Shown: piece by piece, positions 18,835-28,236 of the stretch
Layout of the letters: each line of letters starts with the position of its first letter
Position numbering within the stretch: position 1 is the stretch's first letter
From: a virus
Lineage: Duplodnaviria; Caudoviricetes
Virus record (IMG/VR): IMGVR_UViG_3300033144_003431
Location: 13,336-77,335 of that record
Strand: one strand, 5' to 3'
DNA length: 64,000 bases
The notes under the pieces: generated by a model
Seen by the model: only the letters and a program-made list of their open reading frames with translations
The model's database searches: none
Told to the model about the DNA's origin: nothing
Translations under genes and position numbers: made by a program

Positions 18835-19462
18835 ATTGGTAACCAAAAGAGTTTAAGGAAAGGTCAAACATGCCGGTCTCTCTAACGAGCTTTAGCATGT
18901 CCTGTGCAATGTAACGAATTTCCTTTTGTGCATGTTCGCTATTTCTCAAGCCTTGAAAATGCATAAAGGATCGGAAGTTGAATGATACATCAGAGACAAT
19001 CTGATTTGCGTACGGCAGATAGAAGCGTGCAGACTCTTTGGCTCGTTTCCTATCCATGCCACGGTCTACAAGTTCCTCAAGCACCTCATGATATCTGTCA
19101 TACTGTGCCAACATATCAAAAGCAAACTGTTCTGCCATATCTTCGGGCCAGTCGCACGGAATGTAGAACTGATCTTCTTTCAATTCTTTATATCGAGCAG
19201 ACTCAGCATTCACACTGACACCAATACGGTGCTTAATGATGTGAATGTGGCTAGCGATATCACTCTTTACTAAAAAGTGAAGCGTGCTTTTCTCGAAAGG
19301 AGTGTGGTGACCTGCGGAGGCAAGAGTGTTCAACATCTTATCCATCCGGCCACGCTTGTCATCAGTTAAGTCCCTACTAGTAGAAGTCCACGCACTAAGT
19401 GCGTGGGACTCGTCACTGCCGTAGAAACCAACTAACCCAACAGAGTTATTGTGGCTTTGCAT
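18827..19462 (-). CDS. thyX: flavin-dependent thymidylate synthase
   Basis: GHHTPFE, KHRIGVSVNAESARY, ARFYLP, NFRSF, LRNSEHAQKEIR. Confidence 0.93.
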   Translation of the reverse strand: MQSHNNSVGLVGFYGSDESHALSAWTSTSRDLTDDKRGRMDKMLNTLASAGHHTPFEKSTLHFLVKSDIASHIHIIKHRIGVSVNAESARYKELKEDQFYIPCDWPEDMAEQFAFDMLAQYDRYHEVLEELVDRGMDRKRAKESARFYLPYANQIVSDVSFNFRSFMHFQGLRNSEHAQKEIRYIAQDMLKLVRETGMFDLSLNSFGYQYE

Positions 19463-19598
19463 CTTTGCGGTAATCTTTAATGATCTTAAAGTTGTCGTCC
19501 ATGACGTAAGTGCCAGCACTCTTGGCCATGGATTGAGCCATGGCCAGTGTGATGTGTGCGAGCTTACCAGGAATCACGACTGCGGGAGTGTAATACAT
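19446..19598 (-). CDS. 50-aa hypothetical protein (not in ORF track)
   Basis: MYYTPAVVIPGKLAHITLAMAQSMAKSAGTYVMDDNFKIIKDYRKDAKPQ; TGATG overlap upstream, overlaps the thyX start downstream. Confidence 0.65.
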   Translation of the reverse strand: MYYTPAVVIPGKLAHITLAMAQSMAKSAGTYVMDDNFKIIKDYRKDAKPQ

Positions 19599-19921
19599 CA
19601 GACAATGATCTTTTTGTTAGGGGTAATGATTTCGCTTAGAACATCATCGTCCAAACGACGCTTGAGTTCCGTGATAACTTCTGCGGGATCAAACGTGCGA
19701 GCAATAACCACTTCAATGGTGTACATGCCGCCTTGTTGCATACCATCAACACCATCCAACGTGCCGATAGCCTTAAGTAGACGCGACTCGATAGTCTCAC
19801 TGCCAACCTTTTCGGCAAGCCGCCTGTTGAGGGTCAGCATGAAGCGATACAGAATATCCTCATTGCTCTCGTCTTTGGGATGGGTTAGAATATACTTCTC
19901 TTTCGATTGGGGTTGTGTCAT
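19598..19921 (-). CDS. hypothetical protein (weak Nfu/NifU N-terminal-like pattern)
   Basis: SRLLKAIGTLDGV...YTIEV...FD..EV. Confidence 0.5.
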   Translation of the reverse strand: MTQPQSKEKYILTHPKDESNEDILYRFMLTLNRRLAEKVGSETIESRLLKAIGTLDGVDGMQQGGMYTIEVVIARTFDPAEVITELKRRLDDDVLSEIITPNKKIIV

Positions 19922-19925
19922 GTTT

Positions 19926-19956
19926 CAATTATACGCAGAATGGTCTGTCGTGTTAT
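19926..19956 (-). promoter_or_regulatory. sigma70-like promoter
   Basis: ATAACA-17 nt-TATAAT with GCG before the -10; ATG 6 nt downstream (possibly leaderless). Confidence 0.5.
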
Positions 19957-21837
19957 CTAGATTTCGCAAATTCCACCACGACAAGCTTCGATTGATAGTA
20001 CTTCAACTCCAGCTTTCTTCATAGCGGCTTCCAGCTTGGTGGGGTTAGAGATATCGAGCGGCTTCAAAGGCTCGCCCCCCTTAGACCCTTGACGATAAAT
20101 CGTAAAACCCTTGACGTACGGAGCTTGCTCTAAGACGACCTCGCTCAATTTTTCAACAGGGTAATCTTTAGGTAGGTTCGTCGTCTTGGAGATCGCGGAG
20201 TCAATATACTTTTGAATCGTAGACTGAACCGCTAGGTGATCCTCAACAGAAATGTCATGAGAACCACGGAAATGCTCCATCTCCCTACCTTGACTATAGA
20301 ACTCAGCAAACAGAGCGTCAGTAACGACCTCCTTACGAGTCACGTTCCCCTCTCGGAATCGTCTTTCATATAGAGGAGCAAAGATCGGTTCCACTCCAGA
20401 GGAAACGTTCAGCACCATGCTGTTCGTACCACACGGTGCAATCGTTAGACTTACAGCGTTACGAATACCGTACTTCTTAATGGCGTTCTGAATACGTGGA
20501 GGTAGCTGCTGGAAAAACTCTTCCTGCGAAAACTTCTCAACGTCAAACTCAGGGAATGCACCCTTCTCTTTGGCAAGCTCAATGGACGCCTTGTAAGCTT
20601 CGTTACGGAACGTAGCGAACAGTCTGTCTAGGAACTCAAGACACCTCTCGTCACCGTACACATGCCCCAGCTTTAGCAGGAGATAATGCAGTCCTGTCAC
20701 GCCCAAACCAATACGACGAGTACGCTCGCCAGCGGTCTTGCACTCAGGAATAGGGTAATGATTTGCTGTCAAAACATCGTCCAAGAAACGAACGCCATAT
20801 CGAATAGCTTTGGCAAAGCGTTTCCAGTTCACGTCACCAGTCTTCTCTGAGAACATGTTGGACAAGTTGATGTGTCCGAGACAACAGTTGCCATAAGGGG
20901 GCAACGGAATCTCACCGCATGGATTCGGAGAATCCAAGTCCTCGAAATAAGAAACATTAGTAAACGTGTTGGCGAGGTCCAAGTTATAGATGCCGGGATC
21001 TCCACTCTTCCAGGCGTTGGTCATCAGGGTCTCCCAGATATCCGCTGCCATAATGTCCACTTGCCTAACGTGAGTGAACTTGTCGTCCTGGGTGATACGG
21101 TGATGAGTCTGGGCACGTCCCACTGCATCTTCTTCATTTAAAGCAATCACCTTGATCGTTTCGGTACCGTCAGGACTTACTCGTCTCATGTGGTACTGGT
21201 GATAGGTGCGTCCGTTAAACTTAAATACCCACGGCTTGTTTTTCTTTACCGCTTTAATGAAATCGTTTGTGATGCCAACCGAAATATTAAAGTTGGTGAG
21301 TTGTGCAAGGTCTAGCTTAACGTGTAGGAACTCGAAAAGATCGGGGTGATCAACATTGAGAATGGCGATCAGTGCGGTACGGCGATTCTTACCACTGCGT
21401 ACGTGGTTGCCAACCTCGTTGACCATCTTCATGACGGAGACAGCACCAGGGGCAGAGTTCCTAATCGTCTGAATGTCGTCGCCCTTGGGTCGAATAGACG
21501 AGAAGTTGTACCCGATGCCACCGCCACCACACGAAATTAGGTAGGTGTCACTGATCATCTTACCAATAGACTCTACTGTATCTTCTGGGTGAAGACGATA
21601 GCAGTTAAGCATATTGAACTGGCGTCTGCCTGCTCCAAAAAGGATGCGTCCCCCAGGCATGAAGTCGCCAGCGTCGATCACTGACTCAAAATTTGTTGCC
21701 CACTCCTGGGCGGCACCGTTTATCTCAACGGTAGCAATGTTCTCCGAGACACGTTTAGCACATTGTGTCCAGGAATCCTCTCCTGGCATGGCGTAACGTT
21801 GTAAGAAAATGTCTCGTGATAGTCCTTCTAGTTTCAT
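19957..21837 (-). CDS. nrdJ: class II (B12-dependent) ribonucleotide reductase
   Basis: FMPGGRIL, LNCY, GGGIG, NPCGE, CCLG, RRIGLG, TIAP, C-terminal CRGGICEI; no NrdB in the window. Confidence 0.88.
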   Translation of the reverse strand: MKLEGLSRDIFLQRYAMPGEDSWTQCAKRVSENIATVEINGAAQEWATNFESVIDAGDFMPGGRILFGAGRRQFNMLNCYRLHPEDTVESIGKMISDTYLISCGGGGIGYNFSSIRPKGDDIQTIRNSAPGAVSVMKMVNEVGNHVRSGKNRRTALIAILNVDHPDLFEFLHVKLDLAQLTNFNISVGITNDFIKAVKKNKPWVFKFNGRTYHQYHMRRVSPDGTETIKVIALNEEDAVGRAQTHHRITQDDKFTHVRQVDIMAADIWETLMTNAWKSGDPGIYNLDLANTFTNVSYFEDLDSPNPCGEIPLPPYGNCCLGHINLSNMFSEKTGDVNWKRFAKAIRYGVRFLDDVLTANHYPIPECKTAGERTRRIGLGVTGLHYLLLKLGHVYGDERCLEFLDRLFATFRNEAYKASIELAKEKGAFPEFDVEKFSQEEFFQQLPPRIQNAIKKYGIRNAVSLTIAPCGTNSMVLNVSSGVEPIFAPLYERRFREGNVTRKEVVTDALFAEFYSQGREMEHFRGSHDISVEDHLAVQSTIQKYIDSAISKTTNLPKDYPVEKLSEVVLEQAPYVKGFTIYRQGSKGGEPLKPLDISNPTKLEAAMKKAGVEVLSIEACRGGICEI

Positions 21838-22316
21838 GATCGTCTTTTGGATGGTACTTCCCAGTTATTTAATAATCCCTTCGTGTGTATGTTACGAAGT
21901 CCGCTGCTCAGTTCTAGCTTTGCCGAAAATGGTATGTCGCCTAAAATTATGTTACACTTGGCACAACAAGGCACACAATTAGTCTTTATGTGCCCGATCC
22001 CAGAATCTTTTCGGTCAACCCCATTAGCGGGCAGTGTTTCGCAATACAAACACGGCTGCTTAATAAGAGTACGATAAAAATCAAGATCAAGATCAAATTC
22101 TCTAAGGTGTTTCCTGTCTTGATCAAAATGTGAACGCAACCGCATACGGTCTAAGTTATTCAAACGCCACCGCTTAGCGTTGTCGCGGTTTTGCTGCTTA
22201 CATTTCCAGTAACCGTCGCCCTTAACTTTATTTGACTTTTGCCAATACCAGTGATCGTTAACAACATCGCAATCGCAGTACGAACAGTAATTATGGTCAG
22301 CTAAAGCTCTAGTCAT
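21834..22316 (-). CDS. HNH homing endonuclease
   Basis: CLYC, GVDRKDS..GH.K.NCVPCCAKCN. Confidence 0.85.
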   Translation of the reverse strand: MTRALADHNYCSYCDCDVVNDHWYWQKSNKVKGDGYWKCKQQNRDNAKRWRLNNLDRMRLRSHFDQDRKHLREFDLDLDFYRTLIKQPCLYCETLPANGVDRKDSGIGHIKTNCVPCCAKCNIILGDIPFSAKLELSSGLRNIHTKGLLNNWEVPSKRRS

Positions 22317-23524
22317 TAAAATCTTGCGGGGTCAAATAGTTGTGTACCAGGACGTTTGGACTCCCCCGAAACAATTAAGTCTCGGACGATCATGCTACCG
22401 TGTAATGCATGACCGTAACCATAACCATTAAAACCACTTAGAATAAATTCATTGGGGCGATTGGGCAAGGCACCAATAAGCGGTAAGTCGTCTGGCGTAG
22501 CACACATGATTCCAGACCATGAGTGCGTGAATTTTACATTTTTAATATGCGGCAATGCACCAGACACAAAATCGCGAAGCTTATCGAATACAACAGGACT
22601 TAACTCTCCGTCGTTGGTTAGTCCTATTTGCTTTCCTCTAACTGCGTGTCTCATTCCGCCAACGACAAGACGACCATTATGTACTCGAAAATATTCGTTA
22701 CAATCATTACAGGTCATACTCATCGAAGGTAAAATTTGATCTTCGAGATAATCTGTAGCAATCATCTGACCTCGAAACGGAGTCAGGGACTCTGCAAGCT
22801 CAGGTAATAGCTCTGACGTATAAGCATTGATCGCATAAACTACCTTTTTAGCTCGAATAGTTCCCTTGTGTCGAATTGAAACACTGAACCCTTTAGCGTC
22901 TGGTGTGACGCTGGTAACTTGACAGTCAGTTAGAACACGCGACCCTTTATTTTCTACCAACTCCCTCAAACCATTGACGACTTTGTAAGGATTAAACGTA
23001 GCTTCCGTGGGCACAAACATGCCACCAACAAAACCCGTTTGGGGCAACATCCCCTCTACGTCCTGTTTTGTCAGTATAGGACAGTCGAGACCAGCGTGTA
23101 CGCGGATAAACTCTGACTCAATCTCTAGTTTTTCTAGCTCGTTTTCGTCAACGGCTAGCCTGAGACCGCCAGTGTCACGTAGGTCTGTATCAAAGTTCAC
23201 AACACGTAAACCCTTGAGAAAACGCATGTTGTTTTCTTTGATAAAGCTCATGTACTCGGCACCCGCCTCGTCGCCATACTCATGAAAGAGTTTTGAACCA
23301 CGAAACATGAGTTGACCGCTGCTTCGACCCGAGGCGTGAGCACCTACGGTCGATTCTTCAACGAGATAAGTATTAGTTACTCCAGCGTTGATCAAATTGT
23401 AAAGCATATTGATACCGGCGACCCCGCCACCGATGATTAATACGTCTACATTTCGAACGATGCCCGACGAAACTTTGTGTCGAGTCGGGCACGTCTGGAA
23501 CCAGTAGTTGTTGTGGCTTGCCAT
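22316..23524 (-). CDS. FAD-dependent oxidoreductase (DAO/PuuB family)
   Basis: DVLIIGGGVAG, ASGRSSG, FNPYK, WSGIM..TPDDLPLIG, GFNGYG. Confidence 0.88.
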   Translation of the reverse strand: MASHNNYWFQTCPTRHKVSSGIVRNVDVLIIGGGVAGINMLYNLINAGVTNTYLVEESTVGAHASGRSSGQLMFRGSKLFHEYGDEAGAEYMSFIKENNMRFLKGLRVVNFDTDLRDTGGLRLAVDENELEKLEIESEFIRVHAGLDCPILTKQDVEGMLPQTGFVGGMFVPTEATFNPYKVVNGLRELVENKGSRVLTDCQVTSVTPDAKGFSVSIRHKGTIRAKKVVYAINAYTSELLPELAESLTPFRGQMIATDYLEDQILPSMSMTCNDCNEYFRVHNGRLVVGGMRHAVRGKQIGLTNDGELSPVVFDKLRDFVSGALPHIKNVKFTHSWSGIMCATPDDLPLIGALPNRPNEFILSGFNGYGYGHALHGSMIVRDLIVSGESKRPGTQLFDPARF

Positions 23525-23814
23525 TATAGGAGATCTTCTAGCGACTGGTCCTCGCCAAGCTTGGCGTCTTCTTGCATTGCTTTTAGGATGCGTTTAATAT
23601 CAGCCTTGGAGGGCTCGAAATACTGTCGGTTATTGCGAGCCTTGCAGGATTCACAAATATCGACAAACAACTCAATCGTGTCCTTGTCCTTCGTCTTGTA
23701 TTCTTGCTTCGTCTCGTTGACCACATAGTCAAGCGGACGAGTCATGCGATACTTCTTACACTGAGGACAACTGAACACTCTTTTGTCCTGAGGTTTTTGA
23801 TTGAGTCTTTTCAT
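23524..23814 (-). CDS. Zn-finger hypothetical protein
   Basis: CPQC...CESC. Confidence 0.6.
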   Translation of the reverse strand: MKRLNQKPQDKRVFSCPQCKKYRMTRPLDYVVNETKQEYKTKDKDTIELFVDICESCKARNNRQYFEPSKADIKRILKAMQEDAKLGEDQSLEDLL

Positions 23815-24143
23815 CGTTCGTCGCCACTACCACCAAGTACCCCACGCTCCGCTCGCGAAGCGAGCTTATCTAGGTTGTCTTCGGCAATGTCGTCAAGACT
23901 TACGCCAATCTCGCTAGCGGTCTGACTCACGTACCATAGCATATCACCAAGTTCCTTAGCGATAGCTGCACGCTTCTCATCAGAGATCACGCCACCGTCA
24001 TCACGAATAACCTTCTTGATCTTACCCTGAACTTCACCGGACTCTCCAAGCCCAAGGCCGACGTAAGCCAGCCCCAGAACTTCGCCCTGACCAGGATAGA
24101 TAGCAGTACTAGCAGACTGCTTCTGATAGTCACCGAACTCCAT
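23811..24143 (-). CDS. MazG-like nucleotide pyrophosphohydrolase
   Basis: YQK, GLGESGEV..KIKK, ELGDMLWY, N..KL. Confidence 0.9.
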   Translation of the reverse strand: MEFGDYQKQSASTAIYPGQGEVLGLAYVGLGLGESGEVQGKIKKVIRDDGGVISDEKRAAIAKELGDMLWYVSQTASEIGVSLDDIAEDNLDKLASRAERGVLGGSGDER

Positions 24144-24454
24144 TACAGTTCAACCTCGACGTTGTTGGCCTTGTCCCAACGTACCCACCTCTTGGGGAAC
24201 AGCGTCGGAGAATCATTATGCTGACCAAACGGAAGCTTGGCAAAGCAGTCCTGACAACGTAGTTCGTAGTACTTCTGCTTCTTTCCTTTCGAGTCTTCTT
24301 GCTCGCGGACAGCGTAGCGAAGGTTGTCTTTACCACAACCACCACACTTGGACGCTCCGAATACTTCTTGATAAGTTGCAAGAAGCTCGAAAAGTTCCTT
24401 CTGTCCTTCTGCTTCGACAGTCACGCTGCCGGATTTCACTGTTACTTTAGCCAT
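24143..24454 (-). CDS. Zn-ribbon hypothetical protein
   Basis: CGGC...CQDC. Confidence 0.65.
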   Translation of the reverse strand: MAKVTVKSGSVTVEAEGQKELFELLATYQEVFGASKCGGCGKDNLRYAVREQEDSKGKKQKYYELRCQDCFAKLPFGQHNDSPTLFPKRWVRWDKANNVEVEL

Positions 24455-24456
24455 GA

Positions 24457-25125
24457 TTATTGTTTTGCTTCTAGTTCCGCTTTCCTAGCGTCACGTTTCG
24501 ATTTAGTACTGACGGGCTTCTGCTCGTTCAGCCACGCCATTGCACTCTGCCCTTCCGCTGTGGTAAGTTCAGATAGCTCAAAAATAGTTGATGCACGATC
24601 ACCGTCCACCACCTTCTCTAGTACTTGCACAGCGTCAACGCCGCGTTCGGTACAGAGTTTCTCAATAGCCTTCACGACAGAGCTACCAACCTTACCCTTA
24701 GGCGAAGCCTCAATAGCACCGGCCCCTTCGCGGAAGCCAATCTCTTCGGAAGACAGCATACGGATACCTAGTGCCTTGCGAAGACAACGTGCTTCCGCAC
24801 GAGACTCTGCAACGGCAGTAGGATAAGATGCAAATTTACCACTAACGTTCTTGCTGTTGCAGTCGGCAGTACCAACAAACTCCACCTCTCCGTCTTCCAT
24901 TTTAAAAACAGAGGTGAAGATCGCTTGCACCAGAGTTGACTTGCCTTCGTGTGTTTGAATCACACACGCCTGCCGACAGATGCCAGCGTCACGAGCAAGT
25001 CGTTGCAGGCCAGCCAACAGGACGACCTCCATTTCCTCATTCCCTTCTTTACGGGTGGCCTTGTCGCCAGCCTCAAGTTCGTCGCACCAGTTAGTTGCAA
25101 ACAGGTCTTTGATTTGTCTAGTCAT
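24457..25125 (-). CDS. putative Rad52/Sak-like ssDNA annealing protein
   Basis: GLQRLA...GTAD...AVAESRAEARCLRKALGI. Confidence 0.5.
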   Translation of the reverse strand: MTRQIKDLFATNWCDELEAGDKATRKEGNEEMEVVLLAGLQRLARDAGICRQACVIQTHEGKSTLVQAIFTSVFKMEDGEVEFVGTADCNSKNVSGKFASYPTAVAESRAEARCLRKALGIRMLSSEEIGFREGAGAIEASPKGKVGSSVVKAIEKLCTERGVDAVQVLEKVVDGDRASTIFELSELTTAEGQSAMAWLNEQKPVSTKSKRDARKAELEAKQ

Positions 25126-25132
25126 GCTATCA

Positions 25133-25855
25133 TTATGACACTATGGTCAGTCGTTGTAAGGTCTTCTTCTCGAAAAACTGGAGCAGTTCATCGTACACTC
25201 GCTGGCAACGGGCCTGCGAGATAGAGTTTGAACGGTCCTCGATAACTACTACTCGATAACCCGTATCATTCAACTGGTCGATGAGTCTGTTATATCTTCC
25301 CTCAATCTTGGCCTCTTGCTCGTCACCGTACACGGAGACGGGCAAGATAAGTTCTATCACTACCTTCCGAGTCTCTAGAATTATATCAGAAACGTGTCCA
25401 GGTGTCAACCTGATTCCGGTAGTTACGTCCTCTTTCTCGTCCAAGAACACGGCGAGCTTTTCACCAAAACGTGAAAGATTGCCTGGTGTTGGACGATCTG
25501 CCGTACGAAGACGGCTGAGCACACGCGAACGCTGCTTAGCAGAGCGTTGATCCCACTCCTCACGACGTAGTTCTCCTAGTCGTTCCTTCTGTTCTTGACC
25601 TTCGGTAGAGTCCCAGAAGCGACGAGTCCCTTCTGAAATCTTATCCTTAGCGTCAGGTGAATGACTTTTACCAGTCCTTTGATGAGCAGAGTTCTTAAGA
25701 TGCTGAGACTGTGCCTCGCTCTTAGAACGTCTTTCCACACCCAGTTTACGCATATGATAATACAACGTAGACCGTGCCATGTTGAGGTGTTCTGCCATCT
25801 CAGCTAGTGACATGGTTTCGTATAACCCCTCAAGGTTTTCCTTCGTCATTTTCAT
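25133..25855 (-). CDS. HTH + NUMOD3 + Vsr/DUF559-like protein (derived from a homing endonuclease)
   Basis: MSLAEMAEHL HTH; GKSHSPDAKDKIS NUMOD3; DIIL..RKVVIEL; GYRVVVI. Confidence 0.6.
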   Translation of the reverse strand: MKMTKENLEGLYETMSLAEMAEHLNMARSTLYYHMRKLGVERRSKSEAQSQHLKNSAHQRTGKSHSPDAKDKISEGTRRFWDSTEGQEQKERLGELRREEWDQRSAKQRSRVLSRLRTADRPTPGNLSRFGEKLAVFLDEKEDVTTGIRLTPGHVSDIILETRKVVIELILPVSVYGDEQEAKIEGRYNRLIDQLNDTGYRVVVIEDRSNSISQARCQRVYDELLQFFEKKTLQRLTIVS

Positions 25856-26511
25856 TATCGCTTAACGATGTCCCAATTAATGGACAATCCTAGTCGCTGA
25901 GCTTCAATCTTCACTTGGTTAGACGTAGTGCCATACTTGTTGTTGACGAACGACAACCCGCGATACATAATCTCACGACGAAACCTATCGGTTTGCTCAT
26001 ATTGAGAACCAGAGTCAGACTCCATGGGTAGATGCCACTCTTTAGCGGTAATCTCTACGCTATTTTGCTGCTCAGTAAAACGACGTTGACGATCTGCGTC
26101 ATCTTGACGAATCTTGTCACCATCAATCTTCTTACGTGGCTTCGAAATCTCTTCGGATGCACGTCTAGTCTCTAGTGCTTCAAGTCTTGCTTGGGCTACT
26201 TCTTCTGCTTCACGAATCTTTTGTGTTTGCTCTAAAAGCTTAGCCTCACGCTCGTCGTCGCCCTGTCTCTTAAGTTTATTTGCTAACCTACGAGCTTCAT
26301 CTGGACTTTCAACATCAAGTTCCTGCTTGTAAAACTCAATGTCTGCCGAACTCAAGGACAACTTGCGTTCAAACACACCACGACCAGACATTCGAGCCAT
26401 TAACTCTAGAAATTCAATACGCTGTATACGATCTAACATAGGACGAACTCTTGTCGTGCCACGGTTTTTATTTGCCAGCCATGCTCGCTTTTCGCGATCA
26501 CTAGTATTCAT
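25855..26511 (-). CDS. hypothetical coiled-coil protein
   Basis: AAGGAG RBS; charged helical sequence. Confidence 0.65.
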   Translation of the reverse strand: MNTSDREKRAWLANKNRGTTRVRPMLDRIQRIEFLELMARMSGRGVFERKLSLSSADIEFYKQELDVESPDEARRLANKLKRQGDDEREAKLLEQTQKIREAEEVAQARLEALETRRASEEISKPRKKIDGDKIRQDDADRQRRFTEQQNSVEITAKEWHLPMESDSGSQYEQTDRFRREIMYRGLSFVNNKYGTTSNQVKIEAQRLGLSINWDIVKR

Positions 26512-26522
26512 TTTGTTCTCCT

Positions 26523-27593
26523 TTAAAAAAGAAATTCATCGGCTTTGCGATAGACTGAGGGGTCGGGGGATTGTAGATGATAGTCATACTGACACATCTT
26601 GTTCACTAATTGCTCGAAGTCGCACTCAGGCTTCCACCCCAATGTCTCTTGTGCTTTCGAGCTATCTCCCAGAAGTACTTCCACGTCATTAGGACGCATA
26701 TACTTAGGGTTAATCTTGTAGACCTTCTCTGGGTCTAGGTCAAACCATGCACAGCACTCGTTGAAAAAACGTTTTACTGAGTACGTTTTACCTGTGGCAA
26801 TCACGAAGTCGTCTGGTTCGTCGTGTTGCAGCATCGCGTGCATCGCACGCACATAATCGCCAGCGAAACCCCAGTCTCGGCAGGCGTCCATGTTGCCAAG
26901 TTCAACATACTCTTGTAGTCCCCACTTTACGCGGGCTAGATTGCTTGTAATCTTACGTGTAACGAATTCTTCGCCGCGTAAAGGTGACTCGTGATTAAAC
27001 AGAATACCGCACGTCGCGAACATGTCGAACGACCTACGATATACTTGAGTCATGTTGTACCCAAACATTTTGGCTGCCGCATAGGGCGACTCTGGCAGCA
27101 TGGGAGATTCTTCATTAAGACAATAGGTAGATGTATCTTTTGAATAAATATTCCACTTAGGAATACTTAATGGTACATCATAAGAACGTTTAGCAGTATT
27201 ACCAAACTGTTCACTACTGCCAGCTTGATAAAACTTACAGTCAGGTTTCTCTTGCTTAAGAGCTTCAAGACAGTTCAGTACGCCAATACCTGTAATCTCA
27301 GACGTAGCAATCGGGTACTCCCATGACATTGCTACGTGACTCTGTGCTGCTAGGTTGTAGAACTCATCAGGCTTGAATTCCTTAACGGCTTTTTGAACAC
27401 TTGAAATATCGGTGATGTCACCATGAACCAAGTGCAAATTAGGGCTGCCACGTAAGGTGCGTAGTCGTGAATTCGTAGGGATAGACGTACGACGTACCAA
27501 TCCTACGACACGGTAGCCTAACTCCAGTAAGTAGTGGGCCAAATAGAACCCATCCTGGCCTGTAATGCCAGTGATCATTGCTGTTTTAGACAT
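26523..27593 (-). CDS. gmd: GDP-mannose 4,6-dehydratase
   Basis: TGITGQDG, NLAAQSHV, SPYAAAK, GILFNHESP.RGEEFVTRKI, RDWG. Confidence 0.96.
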   Translation of the reverse strand: MSKTAMITGITGQDGFYLAHYLLELGYRVVGLVRRTSIPTNSRLRTLRGSPNLHLVHGDITDISSVQKAVKEFKPDEFYNLAAQSHVAMSWEYPIATSEITGIGVLNCLEALKQEKPDCKFYQAGSSEQFGNTAKRSYDVPLSIPKWNIYSKDTSTYCLNEESPMLPESPYAAAKMFGYNMTQVYRRSFDMFATCGILFNHESPLRGEEFVTRKITSNLARVKWGLQEYVELGNMDACRDWGFAGDYVRAMHAMLQHDEPDDFVIATGKTYSVKRFFNECCAWFDLDPEKVYKINPKYMRPNDVEVLLGDSSKAQETLGWKPECDFEQLVNKMCQYDYHLQSPDPSVYRKADEFLF

Positions 27594-28236
27594 TCTTTTT
27601 TACCTGAGGCACCTTTGTTTCTAACCAACTACAAATACGCTCGTAATGTGTTGATCCTCGCATTACGTCATCACATAAGATAAAATCTACACTATACTTT
27701 GCAAGTTTTGCTAACGTCCATTGTGGTCTATGTGCCTGAGACGGAATTTTGTAAGCATCAAAATCAATCATAACATGATCAATATAATGTATTGCTTTTT
27801 GATCAACTAGATGGTCTAAGATGCTACACTCACTGCCTTCGCAGTTCATTTTCATAACAACAAAGTCATCATCTTGTAAATTGGTCTTGCACCAGTCTGA
27901 TGCTTTTACGAAATCACAATCTTCGCTACCACCTTCGTTGTCCTGGTGATCAGAAAAAACAGAAGCAGCCATAGTATGAGGACTATAAATCGTTAGTGTT
28001 TCATCTTTCACCCATAAACCATATGGACAAATGACAACCTTATCCTGACAGTATTGTTTTTCGGTATAGGTGGAGCCGTGCTCAGTACGATGAGACGACA
28101 AAGTACCAGCATTCAACATGTCGCAATATCGTGCAACTGGTTCAAAACAGTAAATGACATCAAAATCAAAGTCTAGTGCGGCCTCTAGGGACTGACCAGT
28201 ATTACATCCAACATCCAAAAAAACTTTTCTACCCAT
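27586..28236 (-). CDS. FkbM-family methyltransferase
   Basis: FLDVGCNTG, CFEP, MKMNCEGSE. Confidence 0.8.
   Translation of the reverse strand: MGRKVFLDVGCNTGQSLEAALDFDFDVIYCFEPVARYCDMLNAGTLSSHRTEHGSTYTEKQYCQDKVVICPYGLWVKDETLTIYSPHTMAASVFSDHQDNEGGSEDCDFVKASDWCKTNLQDDDFVVMKMNCEGSECSILDHLVDQKAIHYIDHVMIDFDAYKIPSQAHRPQWTLAKLAKYSVDFILCDDVMRGSTHYERICSWLETKVPQVKKNV

Noticed and set aside
19585-19600. TGATGTATTACAC as another TAGTGTA-type promoter
   Set aside because: It is the TGATG stop/start overlap and first codons of the 50-aa ORF
19957-21837. Intron or intein in nrdJ (also considered for dnaE, dnaB and recA)
   Set aside because: ORFs are continuous and of normal length with no intein splice motifs; the roughly 45-aa nrdJ insert is too short and lacks them
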